From a virus: 64,000 bases of DNA. A model generated the notes under the pieces. It made no database searches, was not told where the DNA came from, and saw nothing but the letters and a program-made list of their open reading frames with translations. The stretch is taken from the IMG/VR virus record IMGVR_UViG_3300042434_002493, positions 1 to 64,000 of that record, one strand, 5' to 3'. Below are positions 1 to 9,476 of the stretch, piece by piece. Made by a program: the position numbers and the translations under genes. How positions within the stretch are numbered: the first letter of the stretch is position 1; every line of letters starts with the position of its first letter.

Positions 1-621
1 ATGATTCCCGGCGAACGAGACCCCATCGAGCACGAGTTGAAGGTGTGGCCGGAGTTCTTCGACGCCCTGGAGAGCGGTCGCAAGACCTTCGAGCTGCGCG
101 AGTTCGACCGCGACTTCCGCGAAGGCGACACGCTCCGATTGCGCGAGTACGACCCGAAGAACGACGACACGCAGCCGCCCGGCGGCATCTGCATCGGGCG
201 CATCCGAGATGGGTACAGCGGTCGAGAGGTGCGCCGCCTGGTGACATACGTCTTCGGCGGCGCCAAGCCCACCCGTCGCTCCTTCGAGACGAAGGTTGCG
301 CCAGGCTGGTGCATACTGGGTCTCGCCGTCATCGACCCGCCCGTCGCGCCCGCGGCCGGGAACCCTGGCGAGTGGTACACCTACGACCCGGAAGACGGAT
401 ACGAGCGGTTCAAGACGGAGGCGGAGGCGGAGGCCCACGCGGAGGCCGTACTCTCCGGCTACCGCGATGAATCGTCCGAAGGGTGGCATGATGCCGTCGG
501 GGATATTGAGTACGGCCGGCTCATCCCGGTGAAGTACGCGATGCAGGTAGACCGACACGACACCCCCGAAGGCGACTTCGACTTCGTGTGCAACTACGTT
601 CTCGCGCCGGTTTTGCCGTGA
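1..621 (+). CDS. DUF3850 / ASCH (PUA-like) domain protein with an additional C-terminal domain
   Basis: HELKVWPEFFDALESGRKTFELREFDRDFREGDTLRLREY matches the DUF3850/ASCH signature. The start is at the window edge, so it is uncertain. Confidence 0.8.
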   Translation: MIPGERDPIEHELKVWPEFFDALESGRKTFELREFDRDFREGDTLRLREYDPKNDDTQPPGGICIGRIRDGYSGREVRRLVTYVFGGAKPTRRSFETKVAPGWCILGLAVIDPPVAPAAGNPGEWYTYDPEDGYERFKTEAEAEAHAEAVLSGYRDESSEGWHDAVGDIEYGRLIPVKYAMQVDRHDTPEGDFDFVCNYVLAPVLP

Positions 622-655
622 TCGGCTTTCACAACGCCAAGAAGGAGCCGCCGAC

Positions 656-934
656 ATGCGACGCCTGAGCCCGCAGCAGGTTGAAATGTTGAACCGCGTC
701 GCGCAGAAGCAGGCACCGATCCCCGACGGATGGACCGGCGCCAAGCGCACCGGCGCCGAGCGGACACGGTTCGCGCTTCAGCGCATGGATCTGCTCGAAA
801 TTCGCTTCGAGCTTGGCAGACTCGCCACAACCTACCGTTGGCTCGTGACCGACAAGGGCCGCAAGGCCCTCGCGCAGTTCAACGCCCGCGACCCCGGGGC
901 GGTTCCGCCGTCGGTGCAGCCGGCGGAGGCATGA
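656..934 (+). CDS. Hypothetical protein, possibly winged-helix-like
   Basis: AAGGAG RBS upstream; C-terminal pattern L.RMDLLE...WLVTDKGRKAL. Confidence 0.6.
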   Translation: MRRLSPQQVEMLNRVAQKQAPIPDGWTGAKRTGAERTRFALQRMDLLEIRFELGRLATTYRWLVTDKGRKALAQFNARDPGAVPPSVQPAEA

Positions 935-1481
935 CGTAGACCGGAGGCTGAATCTGGGCCGGGGCGGGACCGTCCGAGGTGACGACGCGAAAGGGCAGCA
1001 TCGCCCAGACGACCGTGGCGACTGCGATCACGACCGCCAACCCGCCGCCCCACCGGGTCACGGTCGTTTTGAGCGCGTCCAACTCGGTCGAGAACTTGCT
1101 GACCTCGGTCGCCACCTTGCCGTCGGTGTCGCGGAGCTGGCGAACCGACTCTTGCAGCCCGCGCAACTCCGCGATCTGCCCCTCGCCGCGGTCCATGCGC
1201 GTCTGGAGTTCTTGGACGTTGCGCGCAAGTCCCCCGACGACCTCGACCGTGACTGCGAGCTGGCGCGCCGTCTCCTGCACCATTTGGCGCACCGCGGGCC
1301 ACTCTTCCTTCCAAAAGTGGGAGTGCCGCGCGCCCGCCTCGCCGTCTTTCGCCTTCAGCGCCGCGACATCCACCTGGATCGCCGACAGTCGCTCATTTTG
1401 CGCGTCTAGTTTTCCTTCCAGTCGCGCAAGCACGCTCTTGCCCCCACTCACAGCGTCTAGCAGCAGGTTTATCACGGACAT
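879..1481 (-). CDS. Coiled-coil protein with C-terminal transmembrane helix (lysis cassette; XhlA/holin-accessory-like)
   Basis: Start reassigned to MSVINLLL (ATG at 1481). Long heptad region followed by the TM segment WGGGLAVVIAVATVVWAML. Confidence 0.6.
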   Translation of the reverse strand: MSVINLLLDAVSGGKSVLARLEGKLDAQNERLSAIQVDVAALKAKDGEAGARHSHFWKEEWPAVRQMVQETARQLAVTVEVVGGLARNVQELQTRMDRGEGQIAELRGLQESVRQLRDTDGKVATEVSKFSTELDALKTTVTRWGGGLAVVIAVATVVWAMLPFRVVTSDGPAPAQIQPPVYVMPPPAAPTAEPPRGRGR

Positions 1482-1810
1482 CCCCCGATGCCTACAACGA
1501 GCGCCAGGGCCGCAGCAGCCCCGACGGAGAGCCACACGAGGCGACTGGGCGAGTCGTGCGCATCGAGCGCCGCCTGGACCTCGCGCGCGCCCGCCGCCGC
1601 GCGCTGAAGGGCGCTGGCCGCCGTAAGCCGCTCGCACAGGAGCAGGTCACGCATGCCGTCGATGGTGGTCGGTTCCGGGGCCGCCAGGACGGCCGCGCAG
1701 CCCGGAGGCACGACGATCTCCGCCTGAGTCTGGGCCGGCGCTTGAGCCTGGGCTGGCACGGAGAGCGCCTCGCAGGCGACCACCACACACGCAACAACAA
1801 AGCGTTTCAT
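1472..1810 (-). CDS. Envelope protein with signal peptide and C-terminal TM, possible spanin-like lysis protein
   Basis: Start at MKRFVVACVVVAC (1810) overlaps the upstream stop; C-terminal LVWLSVGAAAALALVVGIGG; lies downstream of endolysin and holin. Confidence 0.5.
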   Translation of the reverse strand: MKRFVVACVVVACEALSVPAQAQAPAQTQAEIVVPPGCAAVLAAPEPTTIDGMRDLLLCERLTAASALQRAAAGAREVQAALDAHDSPSRLVWLSVGAAAALALVVGIGGCP

Positions 1811-2064
1811 CGTGACCCCGCCGGCTCTTTGCCCGACCCCACGCAACGGGCGCAGATCGCCCCGTCGATGTACCCCGCTCCACGACAGGGGATGCACGGA
1901 GAGCGCATGCGTCGCAGGATGAGCGCGGAAACGGCAGTCGCGTCCGCCTCGACCCGGCCGGCCGCCTCCTTCGCCCTGCGCTGGGCGTCATCGTCCGCTG
2001 CATCGTCCGCGGACGCCTTCCGCGCGAGGCCGAGCAGTTCGCCGAGGGCTTGCAGGAACTTCAA
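1807..2064 (-). CDS. Small protein with DnaJ-type CxxCxGxG zinc finger
   Basis: CIPCRGAG and CARCVGSG; start and stop overlap the neighbours by 4 nt on both sides. Confidence 0.6.
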   Translation of the reverse strand: MKFLQALGELLGLARKASADDAADDDAQRRAKEAAGRVEADATAVSALILRRMRSPCIPCRGAGYIDGAICARCVGSGKEPAGSR

Positions 2065-2429
2065 TGGCCACCATCCAGACTCGACAGTTCGCGCCGCAGC
2101 GCGCCCAAGTCGATGCCAGCCGCGAGGGCCGCATGCACCGCAGGTGTGTGCTTGGGGGCCGTGACTTCGGCCGGCGGAGGCGCGGGCGCGGGTCGCGCGC
2201 CGTTGGGCCGCACCGGCAAGGGAGGAAGGGCAATCCGCGCCGCGCGCGCCGAGGCGAAATGCTCACCCACGTTCCCGCTGACGTAGGCCGCGAAGACGCC
2301 GCCGAGGAACGTGGCGATGGTCGCATCGAACTGACCCTGAAGTTGCAAGATGGTCGCGCAGACCGTCGTCGAGGCGAACGCGAGTAGCTTCTTCATCCCC
2401 GCGAGGCGAGGCACCGCCGGCCCACTCAC
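2061..2429 (-). CDS. Putative holin
   Basis: Two short hydrophobic segments (KKLLAFASTTVCATIL; IATFLGGVFAAYVSGNVG) immediately downstream of the amidase. Confidence 0.6.
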   Translation of the reverse strand: MSGPAVPRLAGMKKLLAFASTTVCATILQLQGQFDATIATFLGGVFAAYVSGNVGEHFASARAARIALPPLPVRPNGARPAPAPPPAEVTAPKHTPAVHAALAAGIDLGALRRELSSLDGGH

Positions 2430-3199
2430 GACACCAACTCCGCGAGGACCTCAGCGTGTGGCCACACCCGCGCGTCGGGGTCCCAGTGGCGCCCGATGAT
2501 TTTCGTGTTCCGTTTCACCGTACCGCGCTCGACCGGAGAGGCCAGGGTGTGCGTAGTGACGTGCCGAGCGTCCAGCGGGAAGCCGTGGGCCTGGGAGAGC
2601 AGGCGCACGAGCCGGACGAACGCCGACCGCTGCGCCGGGGTGTACTCGCCGGTGTTCGGGTCGGGCAGCAGATCGATGCCGATGCAGTCGTTGGGCGCGT
2701 CGCGCCAGGGATAGACTTCGAGAGGCGTCACCGCGCCAGGCCAAGCAGCGTCCCAGAAGTCGTAGACCTGGTGCCCCGGCCGGCCGTGTTTCTGCCACCC
2801 CGAGCCATCCGAAGGGCTCGCCCAGTCACGCCAGGCGCCGGAGGCGTAGACGTTGGGCACCGGGGAATCGCCGCCGAGCTTCCCCGCGTGATTCGTGCGC
2901 TTCGCGTCGGACTCCAAGATGAAGACCGCCCCCGTCTGCCCGAGCAAGTAGCCGGGCTGGAACTGAGCCGCGTCGAAGCGCCGAGCCGCCGCGCGATCAA
3001 ACTCAGCGAGCGCGGGTTTCTTCCCACCGTTCGCCGCCTGCGCGGTCATCCACGCGCGTTGCGCGAAGGGTGTGCCCGGCGTGTGGACGATCACGCCCTT
3101 GGGGGCCGATGCACGGGGCCGGTTCGGAGTGCCGGACACCGCCAGGTCGAACGTGGGCAGCCCGGCCGCGACGAGGTCGTTCAGGGTGAGCGCATTCAT
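2426..3199 (-). CDS. Endolysin, N-acetylmuramoyl-L-alanine amidase (Amidase_2-like)
   Basis: GVIVHT, HAG, NDCIGID, YTPAQ...LVRLL...HVTTH...DP pattern; GGAGG RBS. Confidence 0.75.
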   Translation of the reverse strand: MNALTLNDLVAAGLPTFDLAVSGTPNRPRASAPKGVIVHTPGTPFAQRAWMTAQAANGGKKPALAEFDRAAARRFDAAQFQPGYLLGQTGAVFILESDAKRTNHAGKLGGDSPVPNVYASGAWRDWASPSDGSGWQKHGRPGHQVYDFWDAAWPGAVTPLEVYPWRDAPNDCIGIDLLPDPNTGEYTPAQRSAFVRLVRLLSQAHGFPLDARHVTTHTLASPVERGTVKRNTKIIGRHWDPDARVWPHAEVLAELVS

Positions 3200-3226
3200 C
3201 GTGCAGCCTCCGGCAGTTGAGGGTGA

Positions 3227-3255
3227 ATGCTACTATCCGAGGCGCCTGACACCAA
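3227..3255. promoter_or_regulatory. Overlapping divergent promoters for the lysis cassette (-) and terminase operon (+)
   Basis: Plus strand: extended -10 TGcTACTAT (3228-3236). Minus strand: TTGGTG-N17-TAGCAT (3255-3227). Confidence 0.45.
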
Positions 3256-3268
3256 CCGGAGAACGAAC

Positions 3269-3913
3269 GTGGCAAAGAAAGAACGCCCACGAGAGAAATG
3301 TACAGCGCATAAGAAAGACGGCTCGCCATGCGGACGGTGGGCGCGCGAGGGCTACCCAGTCTGCCCGATGCACGGCGCCGGGACCGCGAAGCGTGTGCGG
3401 GAGGGCAAGCGCAAAGACCCAGGAAGCGCCGCCCTCAAGAGCGGGCTCTACGCGAAGAAGGCGCACACGCAACTCCGGGAGACCATCAGCGACTACCTCA
3501 AGAGGAAGGCTGACCTCTGGAACCTGAACGCCGTGGCCGCTCGACTTTGGGCGGCGCTCGAACGCTCCGACCAAATCGAGTACGCCATCGACGTCAAGGA
3601 ACTGGAGTCGGCGACTGGTGAGGATCGCGTAGGGCTCGCCGTGGACATGATTCGCCGGCTCCAGTCGTCCGTGACCATCCTCGACAAGCTGGGCAACCTC
3701 ATCTTGAACCGGGAGAAGTTGCTCGTAGCCGGCTCCGACACCCTGACCCGCGGCCAGGTGGTTGCGATGTTCCTTCAGATCCTCAACATCGTGCGCGAGG
3801 TCGCGAGCGACTCGAAGATCGCCCGCGAGGACATCGCGGTGCGGGTGGCCGAGCGCCTTGAAGCCCTCGCGATTCAGCTCGACGGACAGCAGGGCCCGAA
3901 GGCGCGCGCATGA
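3269..3913 (+). CDS. terS: Terminase small subunit (N-terminal HGGxSTG-like Cys/His domain)
   Basis: CTAHKKDGSPC...VCPMHGAG...ALKSGLY. GTG start at 3269 with GGAGA RBS; overlaps the terL start. Confidence 0.75.
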   Translation: MAKKERPREKCTAHKKDGSPCGRWAREGYPVCPMHGAGTAKRVREGKRKDPGSAALKSGLYAKKAHTQLRETISDYLKRKADLWNLNAVAARLWAALERSDQIEYAIDVKELESATGEDRVGLAVDMIRRLQSSVTILDKLGNLILNREKLLVAGSDTLTRGQVVAMFLQILNIVREVASDSKIAREDIAVRVAERLEALAIQLDGQQGPKARA

Positions 3914-5805
3914 GCGTTGCCGTCGAGCACGGCCTCGCCGCCGCGCTGCGCGAGGCGTCAACGCTGTACCGTGGGCAGGACGATCTGCACCGACTCCGGC
4001 ACCGCTTGTCGCAGACGTGCAACCCGTTGGAGTGGGTCGAGCAACTGATCCCGACCGAGATCCCGACCGACGTGGGCCGCCCGCTGACCTTTCGTGGTCG
4101 CGAGTTCTGGCGCCCCATCTACCGCGACGGAATGGGGCGTCGCCTGGTGGTCATGTCTGCCGCGCAGGTCGGCAAGAGCATCATGGACTTCTACTTGATC
4201 ACCGCGCTGGCCCACCTCGACTACTACGCCGGGCGCGGGGTCTGGATCGGCATGTACCTGCCGACGCAGGAGATGGTCCGGGTGTTCTCGCAGGCCCGGT
4301 TCAAGTCCATTTTGACCGCGGTGGGCGAGCGCACAGGGCTTGCATGCGGAGACGCCAGGCCGGCCGATCTTGGGGAGACCAAGAACGCCGTCGCCAAGAC
4401 GCAGGACTCGTACAACCTGAAGCGAATCGGGCCCTCGTGGGTTCTACTCGGGTGGATGCAAGGGCAGGGCGTCGATGCGTTCCCCCTCGACCGGCTCCTC
4501 CTCGACGAGGTCCGCCTCATGGACCCGGCCCGAGTGGACCGCGTGGAAAAGCGCATCATGGCGAGCGCCCTGGGGACCATCGCCTACACATCGACCGCCG
4601 GCATGCCCGGCGACGCCCTCGACGTGCGCTGGGAGCAGAGCACACAGTACCGATTCCATCACGCGTGCCGGTGCCGGGACGGCATCGTGCTCCCGGACGC
4701 CTGGCCGAATTGCCTGGGAGAGGTCAAGAGCCCGTCCGAAGGCGAGGACCGCTACTACCTCTACTGCCCGCGCTGCGACCACCGCATCGTGGACCGCAGC
4801 GCGGGCCGGTGGGTCGCGCACAACGAGAGCGGGCGCTTCCCGGGATACAACCCGACGCAGCTCATGACGCAGCAGCCCATCGACAGCATCGCCGACGCCT
4901 TCTTTCGGCCGGACAGCGACCGCGGCGAGTTCACCAGATCGGTGCTCGGTCAGATGTGGATGGACGCCGACAGCGTGCCGATCACACAGGACATCCTCGA
5001 CGCATGCGCCAACGAGGATCTGCTCTGGGCCGAGCCCGGCGACGTGCAGAACACCTGCATGGGCATCGACCAGATGGGCCAGAACAACTACTACGTCATC
5101 TCCTCACGCACCGCGGCGGGGAAGCGCCGCGTCGTTCACCTCGAAGTGGTCTGGGCAGAGGACCCGTGGGTTCGGGGCGCGCAGCTCATGCGCGAGTACG
5201 ACGTGAGCATCTGTTGCGTCGAGCCCAACCCCAACTACAACGACGCGCTCGCCTTCGCGAACGCCCACAAGGGGCGTGTGTTCCTCGTGACCTACGCCAA
5301 CAACAACACCGACCCCCGCGTGATCAAGTGGGGTGACCGCTCCGACGGCCAGGAGGCCGAGAAGGACAAGAAGACCGCGAGCGCCTTCAAGGTGAAGCAC
5401 AGCGTCAACATCCACCGGAGCAGGGCCATCGACCTGATGGCGCAGGCGTGGACCGACCGGCAGGTCGAGACGCCGAACAAGAAGACCTTGCTCCAGAAGG
5501 TGCTCGACCCGTACGGCCGAGAGTTCGTCGCGTCAGTCTGCGACGACCTCTACCACGATCACCTGCAACGCATGGCGAAGCGCAAGGTGAGCGAGGAGAA
5601 GCGCGCCGACGGGGTCGAGATCGCCGAGCAGACCGGCGTGGTCAAGGTCCACTGGTCCAAGCTCGCCCGAGCGCCGGGACGGCCACGCCCGTTGACCCTG
5701 AAGGGCGATGCGTCCGATCCTCACTTCTTCTTCGCCGACCTGCTCTGCCACATCGCCTGGACTCGACTGCCCCAGGGCCGCAAGGTGCGCGCCGCGTACT
5801 TCTGA
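3910..5805 (+). CDS. terL: Terminase large subunit, GpA-type
   Basis: Walker A VVMSAAQVGKS, Walker B LLLDEV, STAG coupling motif, CRC/CPRC zinc site, nuclease MGIDQ. Confidence 0.93.
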   Translation: MSVAVEHGLAAALREASTLYRGQDDLHRLRHRLSQTCNPLEWVEQLIPTEIPTDVGRPLTFRGREFWRPIYRDGMGRRLVVMSAAQVGKSIMDFYLITALAHLDYYAGRGVWIGMYLPTQEMVRVFSQARFKSILTAVGERTGLACGDARPADLGETKNAVAKTQDSYNLKRIGPSWVLLGWMQGQGVDAFPLDRLLLDEVRLMDPARVDRVEKRIMASALGTIAYTSTAGMPGDALDVRWEQSTQYRFHHACRCRDGIVLPDAWPNCLGEVKSPSEGEDRYYLYCPRCDHRIVDRSAGRWVAHNESGRFPGYNPTQLMTQQPIDSIADAFFRPDSDRGEFTRSVLGQMWMDADSVPITQDILDACANEDLLWAEPGDVQNTCMGIDQMGQNNYYVISSRTAAGKRRVVHLEVVWAEDPWVRGAQLMREYDVSICCVEPNPNYNDALAFANAHKGRVFLVTYANNNTDPRVIKWGDRSDGQEAEKDKKTASAFKVKHSVNIHRSRAIDLMAQAWTDRQVETPNKKTLLQKVLDPYGREFVASVCDDLYHDHLQRMAKRKVSEEKRADGVEIAEQTGVVKVHWSKLARAPGRPRPLTLKGDASDPHFFFADLLCHIAWTRLPQGRKVRAAYF

Positions 5806-5810
5806 GCCCG

Positions 5811-5839
5811 TTGACCGCGCCGACCCCCCGCCGTACATT
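5811..5839 (+). promoter_or_regulatory. Sigma70-like promoter
   Basis: TTGACC-N17-TACATT in the intergenic gap after terL. Confidence 0.65.
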
Positions 5840-5882
5840 CCGACTGCACAGCGCCCCACAACAGTCTCAGGAGCCCGAGCAG

Positions 5883-6347
5883 ATGCGAACCACCGGCAAC
5901 ACCGCCTCCACCGACATCGACCGCCTGAACAACGTCGGGTCGAATCCCAGCTTCCCCTACGCCGACGGCGGCACGCTCGCCGACACCCTGCGGCGCGTGC
6001 TCGCCAACGCGAACGTCTCCGCCTACGGCACCCAGACGACCGCCGGTGCGGCCATCGTCCTGGGCCCGGCCGTGGACGCCGACGCGGGCGTCGTCGCCGA
6101 TACCGTCAACACGCGGCTCGCCGACTTCGAGGTCGTGGAAGAGGTGACCGTCCACGACGTCACTCTCAACGTGACGTTCGTGTGGACGGCCAGCATGGCC
6201 GCGGCCAAGGCGAAGAAAATCGCGGCCGACGGCACGACCACGTTCGTGGCCGCCGCGGGTGTCACGGTGTCCGGTCGGAACGTGACTCTGGGCACCGCCA
6301 TCGCCGCGAACAACAGCGTGCTCCACTACGTCATTCGGGGCCGCTGA
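5883..6347 (+). CDS. Putative virion structural protein (T/A/V-rich, beta-rich)
   Basis: Start MRTTGNT with AGGAG upstream; composition and position between terL and portal. Confidence 0.6.
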   Translation: MRTTGNTASTDIDRLNNVGSNPSFPYADGGTLADTLRRVLANANVSAYGTQTTAGAAIVLGPAVDADAGVVADTVNTRLADFEVVEEVTVHDVTLNVTFVWTASMAAAKAKKIAADGTTTFVAAAGVTVSGRNVTLGTAIAANNSVLHYVIRGR

Positions 6348-6364
6348 CCGAGTAGGGGTGGACA

Positions 6365-8215
6365 GTGTTGCTCGACGCGGCGGGTCAACCCATGAGCCGG
6401 AGTGCCCCCGCCGACGTCTCGGCGCAGGCCATCGACCCCCGGCTCGCACAGTTTCTCATGGCCGCGCTCGCACCGGCGTTCAAGGCCGTGGAGCAGCGCA
6501 TCCAGCGGCCCGCCAGGCCGAAGGTCATGGTTCTGCCGCGCACCACCGAGTACATGGCCGACAGCGAGCGGTCGCGTCGCGTGGTCCAGTACGGGCGCGG
6601 CAAACCCGCTGATCTCCTTTCGCACGAGCTGCTACGGACAATTTCGTCCAGCTCGTTGTTGAACGTGGCGATCCACAGCACGCGCCGCCAGCAGGTGCGC
6701 TCCGTCTGTCGCCGCCACGACGGTCGCCGCAACCGGCCAGGCTGGCAGATCGTTCACCGTCGGCACTTCGACCCACGCTTCGACTCGACCCAGGTGCCGA
6801 ACCTCGAAGCGCGCTGCGACGCCATCGCCCAGATCATCGACGCGCCGCACCCGCTCTACGACACGAATCTCGGCGCCGTGCTGGTGAAATGCACAGAGGA
6901 CCACCTCGCGCTCGACAGAGTGTGTGTGAACATGATCCGGGGCATCCTGGACGCGACCGGCACGCTGGGGCCAGTCCAATTCGCCCATGTGGACGGCTCG
7001 ACAGTCTGGCCGATGGAGTTGTACCTCGACCACTTTGTCCGCCTGAACAACCTGGTGCGGTCCAACGGCGAGGCCGATCTCGACGAGGGCATCCGCCAAT
7101 TCCGAGACGCGACCGGGCAGGATCTCCGAGACTGCCGATACCTCCAGGTGGACCCCGAGCGCAGCCTCGCCCCCCTGACCTACCTCACCGACGACGACCT
7201 CCTCATCGCCGTGGCCAATCCCAGTCCCCAGATGCGCCACTGGGGTTACGGGAAGTCGCCGGCCGAGGAGAGCTACATGGCGACGAGCCTGTACCTGCAC
7301 GGGATGGGGTACGTCGCCAGCTTCTTCCGCGACTCCATGAGCGACACGGTCGCGCTCCTGAACGGCACCGAATACGACGACGCCGACGTGCAGCTCATGA
7401 CCGAGATCCTGAAGACGCACCACAGCGGGGCCGGCAAGCAGTTCAACACGCCGCTGATCACCCTGGGGAACGTCGAAGACCTAAAGTTCGTCCCGACCAG
7501 GACCCAGAGCGCCCAGGACATGCAGTTCGCCGAGACGATCCACCACGCGACGATGCTGGGGTGCGCGCCCTATTCCATCGACCCGTCGGAGATCAACCTC
7601 GACCCCAAGGGGCCGGGAGGCGGCACCGCGCTGACCGAGCGCAACCGCGACGGCGAGCGACAGGAGAAGCTCGACCGGGGCCTACTGAATCTCCTCGCGT
7701 TCCTCGCCGACCACGTCCTGACGCCCATCGTGAAGCGTCACGACCCGGATCTCATGTTCGCCTGGTTGGGCATCGACGACCGCGACGAGGAGCAGGAGAT
7801 CACGCTTCTCTCGAAGGAGACCGATTACTGGTTGAGCCTCAACGAGGCGCGCCAGCAGCGCGGACTCCCGCTGTTCCAGGATGAGTGGGCCGCTTACCCG
7901 AAGTGGCGCGCCCAGGCCATCGCCCAGCAGGGCGACCAGCAGAAGATGATGGCGGCGCAACAGGCGCAACAGGCCCAGCCGGGCGACCAGCCAGGCCAGC
8001 CGCCCGGCCCAGGGGATGCGCAAGAAGGCCCGCCGGAGGGCCAGCCCGACCACCTCCAGTGGGATGATGGGATGAGCCAGGGCGGCCAGCAGCCGCCGCC
8101 CGGAGGCCAGGGGCAACCCGGCGGCCAGGAAGCCGGCAAGTCCCCGTCCAAGCAGGTGATCCGCGCAGGCGGGTTCCTGGTCTTCGAGACTGACGACCCG
8201 CCCGCGGGGAGTTGA
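6365..8215 (+). CDS. Portal protein
   Basis: VDGSTV, GYGKSPAE, DMQF, IDPSEIN, GLLNLLAFL and SLNEARQQRGLP motifs; Q/P/G-rich tail; position. Confidence 0.92.
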   Translation: MLLDAAGQPMSRSAPADVSAQAIDPRLAQFLMAALAPAFKAVEQRIQRPARPKVMVLPRTTEYMADSERSRRVVQYGRGKPADLLSHELLRTISSSSLLNVAIHSTRRQQVRSVCRRHDGRRNRPGWQIVHRRHFDPRFDSTQVPNLEARCDAIAQIIDAPHPLYDTNLGAVLVKCTEDHLALDRVCVNMIRGILDATGTLGPVQFAHVDGSTVWPMELYLDHFVRLNNLVRSNGEADLDEGIRQFRDATGQDLRDCRYLQVDPERSLAPLTYLTDDDLLIAVANPSPQMRHWGYGKSPAEESYMATSLYLHGMGYVASFFRDSMSDTVALLNGTEYDDADVQLMTEILKTHHSGAGKQFNTPLITLGNVEDLKFVPTRTQSAQDMQFAETIHHATMLGCAPYSIDPSEINLDPKGPGGGTALTERNRDGERQEKLDRGLLNLLAFLADHVLTPIVKRHDPDLMFAWLGIDDRDEEQEITLLSKETDYWLSLNEARQQRGLPLFQDEWAAYPKWRAQAIAQQGDQQKMMAAQQAQQAQPGDQPGQPPGPGDAQEGPPEGQPDHLQWDDGMSQGGQQPPPGGQGQPGGQEAGKSPSKQVIRAGGFLVFETDDPPAGS

Positions 8216-8216
8216 A

Positions 8217-9476
8217 ATGCGCGTCGCAGCACAGCTCCGCCGCGTCTCCGATCACTCCATCGTCGCCGCGTTCGGCGAGGTCATGGCCGCACGCGGGCTG
8301 ATCCACCACCCCGAGAGCCTCCGCATGCTCGCCCACGGCGACATCGAGGCACTGAAGGCGGCCGAGGACCACGACGAGGGCGACGCCGAAGAGGACTTCC
8401 CCGAGGCCCACATGCGCGAAATGTGGGCGCGCGTCGAGGGCGAGTTCTCCGGCTACATCCAGCAGGTGCTCGACGACGTCGAGGGGATGATGGGCCGCGG
8501 CGAGCTGCACATGCCCATCGACCTCGACCGGGGCGAGCTGGACGCGGTGTGGCGACGCCTCGCGTTTCGTGCCGCCGGCCTGTTGACCCGCCTGGGGTTC
8601 GACGATCCGACGATGGGCCGCGTGGTGGAAGAAGACCTGCGCCGACGCGCCCCGTGGGCCGCGAGCTTCATCGAGCAAGCTTACCGCTTCGGCCTCGTTC
8701 ACCAGGCGGTCGCCCCCGAGGCGCCCATGAACGTCGCGTGGCAGGTGGCCAAGGCCCGCGAGATGCACCCTGTTGACCGCGCTGCCATCGCGCACCTCCG
8801 GGCGCACGCCGGGCAGTTTCTCCGCCCGGTGGCCTACGGCGTCATCGAGCAGGTCAACCAGCGGCTCCTCCAGGTGGACCGCGAGATCGTGCGTCGCCGG
8901 ACACTGGCCGCGCAGCGCGTCCACATCCACCCCGAGCGCCTCTCAGGCTTTCTCGCCGACCTCACCGGCGTGAAGGTGGACCGCGGCGACGGCACCCTGA
9001 TCTGGCAGGGCGGTTCGTGGGCGCGCGACTGGCGGCGCGTTGCCCGCACCGAGATGGCCTACGCCAGCAACGAGGGCCACTTGAGCGCGATGCTCCAGGC
9101 CCACCCGATCAACGACGGGTTGCCCGAGGGCGCACCTCTTCGAGTCCCGAAGGTACTGGTCTACAAGATCCCCCAGGCGACCCGGCGAGACGAACGGGGC
9201 AAGCTCGTTGCCCCCTGTACCCATTGCTTTCGACTCTGGCGCGCCGACGACGAGACGCCCCGCCTCTACCCGCTCGACGAGATCCTCGCGAACGGAGAGA
9301 ACGCCGGGCCCCCGCCGAAGAAAGCGAAGGACTGGACTGCGACCGTCGGACCCACCCATCCGAACGACCTCTGCGGCCCGCTCGTAACCTACGGGCCCGA
9401 AGCTGACAACCTGTTCCCCGGTTTCCGTTCCCAGCTCGCCGCGTTTGCCGGCAAAGGGTACGAGGGAGTCCCATGA
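8217..9476 (+). CDS. MuF / SPP1 gp7-like head morphogenesis protein
   Basis: RDWRRVARTEMAYASNEG, CTHC and GPTHPNDLC (HPxCxC variant); directly after the portal. Confidence 0.85.
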   Translation: MRVAAQLRRVSDHSIVAAFGEVMAARGLIHHPESLRMLAHGDIEALKAAEDHDEGDAEEDFPEAHMREMWARVEGEFSGYIQQVLDDVEGMMGRGELHMPIDLDRGELDAVWRRLAFRAAGLLTRLGFDDPTMGRVVEEDLRRRAPWAASFIEQAYRFGLVHQAVAPEAPMNVAWQVAKAREMHPVDRAAIAHLRAHAGQFLRPVAYGVIEQVNQRLLQVDREIVRRRTLAAQRVHIHPERLSGFLADLTGVKVDRGDGTLIWQGGSWARDWRRVARTEMAYASNEGHLSAMLQAHPINDGLPEGAPLRVPKVLVYKIPQATRRDERGKLVAPCTHCFRLWRADDETPRLYPLDEILANGENAGPPPKKAKDWTATVGPTHPNDLCGPLVTYGPEADNLFPGFRSQLAAFAGKGYEGVP

